Positions 7,138-16,812 of a stretch of 54,463 nt of DNA are shown piece after piece; within the stretch, counting starts at the first letter, position 1, and the number at the start of each line of letters is the position of its first letter. The position numbers were made by a program, and so were the translations under genes. The stretch comes from a bacterium (lineage in GTDB: Bacteria; Babelota; Babeliae; Babelales; JAUWHS01), in contig JBDRFY010000064.1 of assembly GCA_043818275.1 (NCBI GenBank), positions 1 through 54,463 on the forward strand. Reading direction: 5' to 3'. Below the pieces are notes generated by a model. The model ran no database searches and was not told the origin of the DNA. It worked only from the letters and a program-made list of their open reading frames with translations.

Positions 7138-9531
7138 TTAGAAAGAAGTATTTCGACGTTTTAAATTATTTCTACTATCAGCTGTATCAAAATTATTCAA
7201 ACGTTTTTTTAATTCATTACGTTTATTGATTAGATTTTCTTGTTTTTTTAATTTTTCTATTTCTTCAGAGGAGCGGTAGTAAATATCATTTTTAATATCA
7301 ACTAATTTTGGTTGTTCTTTTCCGTATGTGAAATCGTCAATTGGTCTGAATATACCCTTTGCCGCATCCTCAAGTTTTCCTTTTATTTTTTGATTTTCAG
7401 GTTTAAAAAACCATCTTTGAATAGGATCTTTTTCTTTGTAGTAACTATCAACACTTAAAATTTGGTATTTTGCATAATCAAGTTTTAATTGAGTATATTC
7501 ATCAGGCCCACCATCCGGTTGTGGTTTTATGATACTTGGTCTTATGAAAATATATAAATTTCTTTCTTCTCTTGATTTTTCTTTGCTTTTAAATAAATTT
7601 CCTAAAATTGGTATATCTCCAAGAATTGGAGTTTTATATTCTTTTTCGGACATGCCGTTTTTAGTTAATCCTCCAAGAACTAAAACTTCTCCCATTGCCA
7701 TTGTGGTTTTTGTTTTTAGTGTTCGAGTGGATTTTTTTTGTTCTGGTATTCCGGCCTCTGTTGTAAAATCTTCTACAGATAAATCTATTTTTAAATCAAT
7801 TATTCCATTTAAATTTGTGTAGGGAGTAATTGTTATTTTTGTTGTAGCACTCAAATACTCATACGATTCAGTTGTATTACCACTGTAAGTTGGGGTTTGT
7901 AAAATCCTACCTTTAACCCTTCGATTAATTATGTCATTTAAAATACATTCCTGATAATTATTTACTGTTAAAAATGGTTGAGCGATTATATTTGAATTAT
8001 CTATATTAAATTTTGCTTTTATCAAAGCCCAGATGTTATTTTTTTGATTATCCGGTCCATTTTTAACGGTTAAAAAACTTGGAAAACCTGCCTGATTTTT
8101 ATATGCGCCAGTGGAATCCTTTTCAGCAAGATAAGAATTTAAATTTTTTTCATCTGTGAGATTAAAAGTTTGGCCCCAAATTCCTTGTCCGAGTTTAAAA
8201 CCGACATCTCTATTTTCCTGAATTTTTGTTCTTAATTCAGCGCTTAACTGTCTGTCTTTATTGATACTTACATCAACAATCATTATTTCAAGAGCTATTT
8301 GAGGTTGGGGTTTATCAAGTTTGTCTATGAATTTATCTAATCTTATCCAGTCATCTTCATTGCAGGCGATAATTAATCTGTTACCTTTTCCCCTGATTTC
8401 CTCTCCAGCGCCTTGCGAAGATTCAAGGGCTATTATAACATCTTCAAAAAATTGATATTCTCCAACGAGTCCTTTTCCGGCTGCTTGTCCGCGAGGAGGT
8501 TGAATAATATTTGTTAGTATAATTTTTAATTTTTCAGCATTTGCATATTGAATTTCTTTTATATGAATCCTGGATCGTGCATCTTCTAGTGGTATATCCA
8601 GATATTTATAAATAAATTCAATAATTTTATCCAGATTTTCTTCTCTTCCCATAAGAATCAGAGCATTTTTTCTTGGTAATGAAAACATTTTAGCGGAGGA
8701 AGAGAAATACGCGCTTTGTTTGTTTTCATCCCCAATAAATTTTATAGTTCCTTTTTGTTGTTCCTGTTGTCCAATAATTTCATTAAATATTTTTTGAATT
8801 GTGTCAGGATCTACATTTTTAAGAGTTATTAGTTTTAACGTTTGTCTTGAACCTCCTTCATCAAGCATTTTTACAATTTTCATAGCTTCTTTAATGTAAT
8901 AACTTCTTTCTGTGATTATGCATGCTTCAAGGCTTTTATTAATTTTTATACTGTTTGGTGTCAGCATGGAATCTAAAATGCTTGCAGCTGTTTCAGAATT
9001 TAAATTTTTTAAGAAATATACATAGCGAATAATTGTATCATCGTCAGAAAGATTTTCCGGTTCCATTCCTTTTCCGGAAGAATAAAAAGGCAAAGGTTCT
9101 GTTTGTACTGTTTGTAAAGGAGAAATTCTATGCAAACCTTCAACATCATTTATTGTAAATCCATTTGCTTCTAATAACATTAATAAAATATTCCATATTT
9201 TTTCAGGAGGCATTGGTTCATGAGTAATCAGGGTGACCGGTATTCCATCAAGGCTTTTATTTGGAACATAATTTTTGTTTAGCTGATCTGTTACATATGT
9301 AACAACACTCGAAAGGGTTGCGTTTTCAAAATTTAGAGATATTAAATTTTCTTTTTCGTCATTATTTTTTTTAGAAGGTTCTTCGTTTTGGGAAGGGTTG
9401 ATTTGAATAGTTTTAACATTATTTTCATATGATGAAGTGTTTTGTTCTTCTGAATTTAATGGAACAAAACATATAAAAAATAACAAACTTACAGTTATGT
9501 AAATTTGATTAATTTTTAAAATTTTAACCAT
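7138..9531 (-). CDS. gspD: Type II secretion secretin, GspD-like (copy 2)
   Basis: Signal peptide, N0 (ISLNFENA), LDKPQPQI.LE..IV, LVLGGL, P.LGDIPILG.LF and LYIFIRP.I. Confidence 0.9.
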   Translation of the reverse strand: MVKILKINQIYITVSLLFFICFVPLNSEEQNTSSYENNVKTIQINPSQNEEPSKKNNDEKENLISLNFENATLSSVVTYVTDQLNKNYVPNKSLDGIPVTLITHEPMPPEKIWNILLMLLEANGFTINDVEGLHRISPLQTVQTEPLPFYSSGKGMEPENLSDDDTIIRYVYFLKNLNSETAASILDSMLTPNSIKINKSLEACIITERSYYIKEAMKIVKMLDEGGSRQTLKLITLKNVDPDTIQKIFNEIIGQQEQQKGTIKFIGDENKQSAYFSSSAKMFSLPRKNALILMGREENLDKIIEFIYKYLDIPLEDARSRIHIKEIQYANAEKLKIILTNIIQPPRGQAAGKGLVGEYQFFEDVIIALESSQGAGEEIRGKGNRLIIACNEDDWIRLDKFIDKLDKPQPQIALEIMIVDVSINKDRQLSAELRTKIQENRDVGFKLGQGIWGQTFNLTDEKNLNSYLAEKDSTGAYKNQAGFPSFLTVKNGPDNQKNNIWALIKAKFNIDNSNIIAQPFLTVNNYQECILNDIINRRVKGRILQTPTYSGNTTESYEYLSATTKITITPYTNLNGIIDLKIDLSVEDFTTEAGIPEQKKSTRTLKTKTTMAMGEVLVLGGLTKNGMSEKEYKTPILGDIPILGNLFKSKEKSREERNLYIFIRPSIIKPQPDGGPDEYTQLKLDYAKYQILSVDSYYKEKDPIQRWFFKPENQKIKGKLEDAAKGIFRPIDDFTYGKEQPKLVDIKNDIYYRSSEEIEKLKKQENLINKRNELKKRLNNFDTADSRNNLKRRNTSF

Positions 9532-9549
9532 TTTTCTCTCATTTGGTCC

Positions 9550-10098
9550 CTAAAAGGTTTTTGATCTTTTTGTTGCAATTGTAATTTTAAAGCTTATTTT
9601 CTGGTCTGCTTCATGATTTATTATTAATTCTTTTATGTATATAATTTCGTTTTTTTCTAAAACATCCAACATTCTTGTTAAATTTTGTGTTGTCTGATTT
9701 TTAAAATTTGCGCTCAAAATTATTTCTTCAAATTTATCATTACCTTCAACCGGTACCGTTATAGTATCCCAGGTAGGTTCAGGAATCATTGCCTGTTGTT
9801 GAGTTAATTGTTCAAAGAATGTTTTAATGCTTAAGTTTTTATTTGCTTCCAAAATTCTTGTTAATCTGTTTTCTTCAAAATCCATTTTTTTGTTTTCATT
9901 TAAAAGATTGGTTGCATTGTTGGATAATTTTTCTGTGTTTTTAATCGTTTCAGTTAATGCTTTACTTTGAATATAAATAAAATAAATTGTTCCAAGTATT
10001 GTAATACTTAAAGAACTTAAAATTATTAGCAAAAATTTTTCAAATTCTTTTTTATTTAATCTTTGTATGTAATTGGCAATTTTATCAATGTAGTTCAT
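9550..10098 (-). CDS. GspM/PilO-like inner-membrane assembly protein
   Basis: L..KE followed by a single TM, coiled coil and a ferredoxin-like C-terminus (L..LE....YI..L.I); follows the GspL-like gene. Confidence 0.6.
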   Translation of the reverse strand: MNYIDKIANYIQRLNKKEFEKFLLIILSSLSITILGTIYFIYIQSKALTETIKNTEKLSNNATNLLNENKKMDFEENRLTRILEANKNLSIKTFFEQLTQQQAMIPEPTWDTITVPVEGNDKFEEIILSANFKNQTTQNLTRMLDVLEKNEIIYIKELIINHEADQKISFKITIATKRSKTF

Positions 10099-10123
10099 TG
10101 TTTTCCATTTGCTTAGTTCTTAA

Positions 10124-11806
10124 TTACATTTCTTTAATTACAAGCCTGGCGTTAAATTTTATGCCTTCATCTTCAGTTGGTCTTGCGTCTATTACTTCTG
10201 TTAATTTTAATGTTCCAGATTCTGCAAATCTTTTTTCTAGTTCTTCAAATGCATCAAAATGTTTACTTCCTGTTTTGGATTTGAAAAATCCATCCACTTC
10301 TATTTTTACTGTTTCATTTTCCACATCTTCCATAGATATTTGTTCAATTGTTACATCAAATCTTCTTTTATCAATTATTCTTGTCAGTTCCTGAAGTATT
10401 TCCAATGGATTTAGTTTTTGTTTGGCAAAAGGGGCCCACATCTCGGTTTTTTCATTTACAAATTTTTCAGTATCTTTTAGCACTGCCCTAAAATTTGTTT
10501 TTTTCAACGTTGGGGAATCCTTAGGAAAAATGGACCTTAATCTTGTTAATTGTATTTTTTCTAAATTTGTTGATTGTTTTTTTAGATTATTTATTTGGTT
10601 ATAACCCTTAAATCCGATTGTTATAAAAATAATCAATGTAATTATTATTGCGGATTTTATTTGTTTTTTCAGTAACAATATATTTGGCAGAGAGAATTCT
10701 TTTCTTTGCAAGTCAAAATCAGTTTGTTGTTTTGATGGCGCTGCTGTTCCGAGATTAACTGTGAATTTATTCCAATCTGATATAATTTTTTTAACTTTGT
10801 TTTTAAAAATTTTATTATCAAAAATCTTTTCGCAATTGAATTTTTCAGTTGGAATTTGTAATAAATTATTAACAAATCTTGGTAAACCTTTAATTTTACT
10901 AGAGGCTCCAAGCAGAAATATTTTACCTATTCCTGTTTGTAATTCAAGTTTTGAGCTGAATGAATTTAGTGTAAATTGAATTTCACTGAAAAGATTCATT
11001 AACTGTTTTTGTAATGCTTTATCAAATTCATTTTGTTGCAGCGTTCTCATTTCCTGAGTAAAAAGAGTTGTTTCTATGTTTTCTTTTGACTGATTAAGTT
11101 CGCTGCTTAAATTTTCTACTATATTTTGAATTCCTGTTGTAATAAATCTGGTTATTCTTAGTTGACCTGATTGTAAAAAAGCAATTTGGGTTGAATTTTG
11201 TTGCATATCAATTAATACTGTTGGTTGTTTTATAGTATTATATTCAGGTATTTGCTGATAAATGCTGTAAGTAGAAATTAAATCAACAGATATTCCATTT
11301 GGTTTTACATCTGCGGAGTAATATAAATCTAAAATATCTTGGATATCTTCTTTTCTTGCAATTGCTACCAAAATTTGAGCCTGGACTGATTTTTTTTCTT
11401 TAATTTGTTTTGTAATTATAAAATCTGAAACAGCCTCTTCTATTGGAAACGGGATCAATGGTTCAATTTCATAATCCAGAATCATTCTGATTTTGTCTTT
11501 GTTGGCAAAAGGCATTGTTAATTCTTTAAATATTACGCTGGATGATGGTATAGAAATTTTAATCTGATCATATTTTTTTATTTGTTGGAGTATTGTTTTT
11601 ATGGCAAATATTGTTTTTTGTTTGTATTCATTTTTATTATAAAATTCGATTTTTTGTTTAAATAAATTTTGAACTATATTTTGGGATCCTTTGCAAAAAA
11701 CAACTGCGGCTTTTACGATGTCATCCTGAATAGAAAAAGAGATTATTTTTTTAGATAAAAGTCTTTTAGAGCCAATTTTTTCAGGAAAGAATATTTCTGT
11801 AAACAT
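10124..11806 (-). CDS. GspL-like protein (PilM-like actin fold fused to a PilN-like domain)
   Basis: L.MPF....I..IL.YEIE..IPF, actin-like core, single TM near aa 385-400, periplasmic PL.IL.EL...I. Confidence 0.78.
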   Translation of the reverse strand: MFTEIFFPEKIGSKRLLSKKIISFSIQDDIVKAAVVFCKGSQNIVQNLFKQKIEFYNKNEYKQKTIFAIKTILQQIKKYDQIKISIPSSSVIFKELTMPFANKDKIRMILDYEIEPLIPFPIEEAVSDFIITKQIKEKKSVQAQILVAIARKEDIQDILDLYYSADVKPNGISVDLISTYSIYQQIPEYNTIKQPTVLIDMQQNSTQIAFLQSGQLRITRFITTGIQNIVENLSSELNQSKENIETTLFTQEMRTLQQNEFDKALQKQLMNLFSEIQFTLNSFSSKLELQTGIGKIFLLGASSKIKGLPRFVNNLLQIPTEKFNCEKIFDNKIFKNKVKKIISDWNKFTVNLGTAAPSKQQTDFDLQRKEFSLPNILLLKKQIKSAIIITLIIFITIGFKGYNQINNLKKQSTNLEKIQLTRLRSIFPKDSPTLKKTNFRAVLKDTEKFVNEKTEMWAPFAKQKLNPLEILQELTRIIDKRRFDVTIEQISMEDVENETVKIEVDGFFKSKTGSKHFDAFEELEKRFAESGTLKLTEVIDARPTEDEGIKFNARLVIKEM

Positions 11807-11815
11807 TAGCAGCCT

Positions 11816-14548
11816 CTATCTCTTGTTTCTTCTGTAACTTCTTTTATTTTTGTTTTCTTTTTGCGCCATATTTTTGTTTAAGTTGTTTTCAATTGCTTTT
11901 TCATCAATTATTAATTGTTCGTGTGATTTTTCTTGAATAATTTTATTTTCTGATTCTTTATATTGCTGTAAATTAGTAAATTTTTCTTTGTCTGGTATTT
12001 TGATTGTTGATAATAAATTTTTGAGTTTTTCTCTTTGTTGTATGATTTCATCAGGTACTTCTTCTTTTGCTAAATCAATTTTCTTTTGAGTTATTTCTTG
12101 TTCTTCTAATTCTTCTTCTTCTTTGCCGGATTTGGCCGTTTGCGATCTATAGTAAGGATCATTTTTAATATCTACAGTGGTTGGCTGATATCTGGCATTT
12201 GCAAAATCAACGACTTTATGAGCATAGTCTTCACCGACAGGATTAAAGAAATGATTATGGATAGGATCAGAAATATTTTTGGTTTGTACTGCTTCTTCAA
12301 TGTCTCTTGTTGCATTATGCAGTTTCATTTTAGTATAAAGATCAACTCCGGGTTTTGTTCGTGGTTTTATTAATGTTGGTGCTATAAATATAAAAGTATA
12401 TTGTTTTGTAACTGTTCTTTTTTTATATTTTGCAAACCATCCCAGGATTGGAATATCTCCAAGAATTGGTGTTTTTTGACTTTGTTCTGTGACTAGCGTT
12501 TTTACAAAACCCCCTAAAACTAAAACTTGTCCGTTTGCTACTGTTGCATTTGTTGTAATTGTTTTATCTTGGGTATCACCTCCACTTGGATCTATAAAAT
12601 CTTTTATTGTTATGTTAATTGCAAATCGCATTATTCCATCAAGATTTATTTGTGGTGTAAGTCCAACAGATACATTGGCAGAAGCTGTTACATATCCCTT
12701 TGATGTTGTTCCAGATTCTTCACTTACAATTCGCCGATCGTTTCCAGATGTAATTGTTGCAGGAGTATTGTTTGCAATTGTTATAAAGGGTTGAGTTATA
12801 ATACTTGTATTTTCTTGTGTTTTTATAGCTTCAAGAAAAGCCCAAATATAATCTTTTTTTCCAAAAGATAAAATTGTTGCTCCAGCTGTTTTATTCATAG
12901 CGTTTATTAAATTTGATAATAAATCGTTGTTATCACTTACACCACCTTGTCCAAATGTTACACCACGAAAATCTACGCCTTTTCCAATCTGCCCAGTTTT
13001 TTTGTTGTGAAAACCGCCACCGAGTTGTTTATTGTCTTCTATGTTTACATTTACGAACATTGTTTCTACAGCAACTTGCGGTTGAGGTTTATCCAAATCT
13101 TTAATTGTTTTTTTAAGTATTTTCCAGTCTTGTTTATCAACGCTTGAAACAATTAATCTGTTACCATCTTTGTCAACTTGAAAACTCATAGGTCTAAAAT
13201 ATTTAACACCTCCTCTTACTGCTCCATATTGAGCGGCTTGTTGTCCGGCTATTGAGTCAGGAGGTGTTGTTACATCTTGTAATATTTCTTTAATTTGAGT
13301 TGCGTCTGTATTTTGTAATTCGTAAACATGAAGAGGAGATTCTGTTCCCTGAAGACTTATATCTATATTTTTTTTAATGAAGTCTTCAATTTTTTGAATA
13401 GAATTTTGATTTCCAAGAAGGATTAAAGAATTAGTTCTGTCTTCAGCTATAATTCTTGTTGTCGGAGAAAAATATTCTATGTTACTTTCAGCCTGTTTTC
13501 CCAAAAGACGAGCTAATGGACTGCCTTCGGGTTTTTTAATTAAATTATCAAATAATGTTTTAACATCACTTGCGTTAACCATTTTGAGATTTAAAATTGA
13601 AACAGATTCCTGCAATCCAGTCTGATCCAGTTCGTTTATAATTTTCATCGCGGATTTTATGTTTAAAGATTTATCTGTGATAATTAATCCATTAATTTCC
13701 GGTTGCGCGATAACAGAATTAGGGCTACCCAACATACCCGTGAGTAAATCTCTTATTTCATTAACGCCAATATTTTGTAAAAATTTTACGTATCGTATGT
13801 TTGTATCATTATCAGGTAACGTATCTTCTGAAACATTTATATATGAAGGTAAAGGTTGATTTAGTTTTTGAGCTTTAGGAATAATTTTATACGCGTCCGG
13901 TTCTTCGATAATACTAAAATTAGCCATTTCTAAAATGGTTAAAAATATATTCCAGGCACCATCTACAGTTAACGGTTCTCTCATTACAAGAGAAACTTTT
14001 GCTCCCGCGATTGTTTTATCGGGAATTAAATTTATTTTTTTTATTTTGGACATGTAATCGGATAAATTTTTTAGATCAGCATTTTCAAAATTTAAAGTTA
14101 TATTTTCTTCCACTTCAGCTTCTTCTATTTCCGGAGTTTCTTTCTCTACAATTTTTTGCTCTTCTTTTTTTCCATCAGGAATAATTTGCTTAATTGATTC
14201 TGTTGGTATTCCAACAGGAATATAATTATTTGCTTTAGGTAATTGAGGCGTTTGAATTGAAGGTTGTGATGTAGGTATTGTAGCTTGCATTATTTGTATT
14301 GGTTGAGGCTGAGTTACAGGCGGTGGCGTATAAATTGGGGCAGAAAATTGTTGTGCTGGTGGCTGAATTGTTGGTTGTGGCATAGGTGGAGGCACTGGCA
14401 TTGATATGGCTGGTTGGATAGGAAAAGACATTTTAGTTGCAACAGGTTGTGCCTGGGGTATTGGAATTTGTTGCATTGGTCCCATTGGCATGGAAATTAT
14501 TTCTGAAAAATATAAAATTAAAAAAATTAAATTTAATTTAAATTTCAT
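11816..14548 (-). CDS. gspD: Type II secretion secretin, GspD-like (copy 1) with a Pro/Gln-rich N-terminal extension
   Basis: ITLNFENADL, IIAEDRTNSLI, LDKPQPQVAVE, VLVLGG and PILGDIPILGW. Confidence 0.92.
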   Translation of the reverse strand: MKFKLNLIFLILYFSEIISMPMGPMQQIPIPQAQPVATKMSFPIQPAISMPVPPPMPQPTIQPPAQQFSAPIYTPPPVTQPQPIQIMQATIPTSQPSIQTPQLPKANNYIPVGIPTESIKQIIPDGKKEEQKIVEKETPEIEEAEVEENITLNFENADLKNLSDYMSKIKKINLIPDKTIAGAKVSLVMREPLTVDGAWNIFLTILEMANFSIIEEPDAYKIIPKAQKLNQPLPSYINVSEDTLPDNDTNIRYVKFLQNIGVNEIRDLLTGMLGSPNSVIAQPEINGLIITDKSLNIKSAMKIINELDQTGLQESVSILNLKMVNASDVKTLFDNLIKKPEGSPLARLLGKQAESNIEYFSPTTRIIAEDRTNSLILLGNQNSIQKIEDFIKKNIDISLQGTESPLHVYELQNTDATQIKEILQDVTTPPDSIAGQQAAQYGAVRGGVKYFRPMSFQVDKDGNRLIVSSVDKQDWKILKKTIKDLDKPQPQVAVETMFVNVNIEDNKQLGGGFHNKKTGQIGKGVDFRGVTFGQGGVSDNNDLLSNLINAMNKTAGATILSFGKKDYIWAFLEAIKTQENTSIITQPFITIANNTPATITSGNDRRIVSEESGTTSKGYVTASANVSVGLTPQINLDGIMRFAINITIKDFIDPSGGDTQDKTITTNATVANGQVLVLGGFVKTLVTEQSQKTPILGDIPILGWFAKYKKRTVTKQYTFIFIAPTLIKPRTKPGVDLYTKMKLHNATRDIEEAVQTKNISDPIHNHFFNPVGEDYAHKVVDFANARYQPTTVDIKNDPYYRSQTAKSGKEEEELEEQEITQKKIDLAKEEVPDEIIQQREKLKNLLSTIKIPDKEKFTNLQQYKESENKIIQEKSHEQLIIDEKAIENNLNKNMAQKENKNKRSYRRNKR

Positions 14549-14560
14549 AGCGGACGTCCC

Positions 14561-15701
14561 TTATCTAATTCTCACATTGGGCGAACGTTGTCGTAATTTT
14601 TCAAGTAGTCTTTTTCTGATGTCTGCTATTGTTTGCTGTCTTCTTTCATCAACATTATGTTGTTTTTGAAAATCTTTTATACTTTGTTCTTGTTGTTGTG
14701 TTTTGCTTTGAGGTAACCCCGGTTGTACTCCCTGACCTGTTGCAGGAGATATAAATGTTAATTTTTTCGGTTTGTCCAATTTTTTTAATTTATAGTTTAT
14801 CACAGAATCCATATTATCTCTTTTTAAGTTAACCTGTATAAAATTTCCTTTTTTTAATTTTGTTATTTCATCATAAATTTTCATTCTGTCCTTGATATCA
14901 ATTGTATTTAGATTATTTATAGAAGTTATAATATCATTTGGCCTTAGGCCGAGTACAAAACCAATTTCATTTGGATCAATTTTTCCTATTTTTATACCTA
15001 TAGGTCTTCCTTGTTCATAAGCGGTTCCAATTGATAATTCTTCTATCATTTCACTTAATGATGGCGTTTCCTTTTTAAATTCTGATGGATCTATATCGAA
15101 ATTAAAATCATCTATTTTTTTAATGGAATATTTCCATTTTTCCTGAGGTTGGGTTGGCGTGGAACCACCCAATAAATCGTCCTCTTTTCTTAAAGATAAA
15201 ATTTCGAGCTGACCATTAGCTCTTAAAATTACAATATTATTTTTTGCGATTTTTATTACCTGGGCATCTTTTATTTTTTCACCTAAATGATAAAGCCCCT
15301 CTTTTTGGGTTTCATCTTCTATCATTGCCAAGCTTTTAAGATCATCAGAAGAGAAAACTATTCCTTTTAATTTTATAGGTAACGGATTTACAAATTCTTG
15401 TTTTTTAGGTTGCGGAGGAGGACTTATTGACGCGATTGGTGGATTTGGTATTGGCATTATCAGTGATTTTTTAATTGGACCCTGTTCTATACTTTCTATA
15501 AAAGTATCAAATAAATCATTTTTAATTATCTTTTCTATATTAATAAAAGGAGCTGGTTTTTTTTTTTTGAAGTTCATCTATTTTAATTGTTGGTTTAATT
15601 TTAAGTTTTGCTGCCCCCTGTTCCAATAAGCTGGATATTATTAATGCTGTTATAAAAAATAACAGTAATGAACTATTTAAAATCCAAACTTGTTGTTTCA
15701 T
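14561..15701 (-). CDS. gspC: GspC-like protein (TM-HR-PDZ), interrupted by a one-base frameshift in an A12 tract
   Basis: ORF 15701-15540 encodes MKQQVWILNSSLLLFFITALIISSLL (TM anchor); removing one A from 15557-15568 joins it in frame to the HR (LKGIV..LAMIE..Y..GE.I) and PDZ (GL.PNDIIT.IN) domains. Confidence 0.8.
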
Positions 15702-15750
15702 AATTAATTTCTTTTTTTAATTATATTTTTATTTCTAATTACAATCTAGA

Positions 15751-15780
15751 AAGATACTTATTTGGTAATTGACATGTCAA
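15751..15780 (-). promoter_or_regulatory. Putative sigma70 promoter of the gsp cluster
   Basis: TTGACA (15780-15775), N18, TATCTT (15756-15751); the -35 lies inside the perfect palindrome TTGACATGTCAA (15769-15780). Confidence 0.45.
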
Positions 15781-15800
15781 GAAAAACAAATTTGCCGAAC

Positions 15801-16787
15801 TTATGGAGCAGGTATTTCCCGTAGTATTTTCTGAATAATCTGATCGGTTTTTATATTTTCGGCTTCAGCTTCGTATGTTAAAATAATTCTATGCCTTAAA
15901 ACATCATTTGCTATTGCTTTTACATCGTCAGGTATAACAAAATGTCTTTTTTTCAAAAAAGCATGTGCTTTTGCGGCGTGGGTCAGGCAAAGAGTTGCGC
16001 GAGGAGAGGCGCCATACTCTATAAAATTATTAAGTTCCTCAAGATTGTAATCTTTAGGCATTCTTGTTGCAAAAACTATGTTTATTATATATTCGGTAAC
16101 TTTTTCATCCAGGTAAATTTTACTGACGATTTCCTGGGCCTGTGAAATATCTTTCTTATCTATTACCTGTAATATTTTTTTAGGTTCAAAAACTGTTTTT
16201 ATTATTTCTTTTTCTTCTTCAAAATTTGGATAAGTTATTAACAGTTTGAACATAAATCTGTCTATTTGAGCTTCTGGAAGGTGATAAGTTCCTTCCTGAT
16301 CAATTGGATTTTGTGTGGCTAAAACTAAAAAAGGTTCATCTAAAACAAAAGAATTATCGCCAATTGTTACCTGATGTTCCTGCATTGCTTCAAGTAAGGC
16401 TGATTGAACTTTGGCTGGAGCCCGATTAATTTCATCAGCTAAAATTAAATTTGTAAAAATAGGGCCTTTTTTTGTTTGAAATTCTTGAGCTTTCGGGTTG
16501 TAAATCATTGTTCCAATAAGATCTGCCGGCAATAAATCTGGAGTAAACTGAATTCTTTTAAAGTCTAATCCGATTGTCTGGGCTAATACTTTAACTAAAG
16601 TTGTTTTAGCTAATCCGGGAACACCCTCGAGTAAAATGTGCCCATTACATAAAATACCAATAAAGGTTTTATCAATAATATTCTCCTGGCCTACAATTGC
16701 TTTTTTTATTTCATTTCTCAACGTTATCCATTTGATACTGTTTTCTTTTACTAATTCTGCCGAAGCAGTATTTTTTGTGTTTTCCAT
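15801..16787 (-). CDS. moxR: MoxR-family AAA+ ATPase
   Basis: HILLEGVPGLAKT, RIQFTPDLLPAD, LADEINRAPAKVQSALLEAMQE, ATQNP and GASPRA; ATG at 16787 has an SD. Confidence 0.95.
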   Translation of the reverse strand: MENTKNTASAELVKENSIKWITLRNEIKKAIVGQENIIDKTFIGILCNGHILLEGVPGLAKTTLVKVLAQTIGLDFKRIQFTPDLLPADLIGTMIYNPKAQEFQTKKGPIFTNLILADEINRAPAKVQSALLEAMQEHQVTIGDNSFVLDEPFLVLATQNPIDQEGTYHLPEAQIDRFMFKLLITYPNFEEEKEIIKTVFEPKKILQVIDKKDISQAQEIVSKIYLDEKVTEYIINIVFATRMPKDYNLEELNNFIEYGASPRATLCLTHAAKAHAFLKKRHFVIPDDVKAIANDVLRHRIILTYEAEAENIKTDQIIQKILREIPAP

Positions 16788-16812
16788 GTTTGGCTCCAAA
16801 TTTTTATGTTGA

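Noticed and set aside
7846..7853. TAGCACTC, resembling a CIRCE half-site
   Set aside because: It is inside the gspD2 coding sequence and has no second arm
14561..15577. gspC start at 15577 as given in the ORF track
   Set aside because: It lacks the TM anchor, which is encoded upstream in another frame from 15701
7138..15701. Type IV pilus or type III secretion interpretation
   Set aside because: A PDZ-containing GspC, a fused GspL-like protein and GspD-type N domains fit T2SS; no AMIN domains or T3SS export genes are seen
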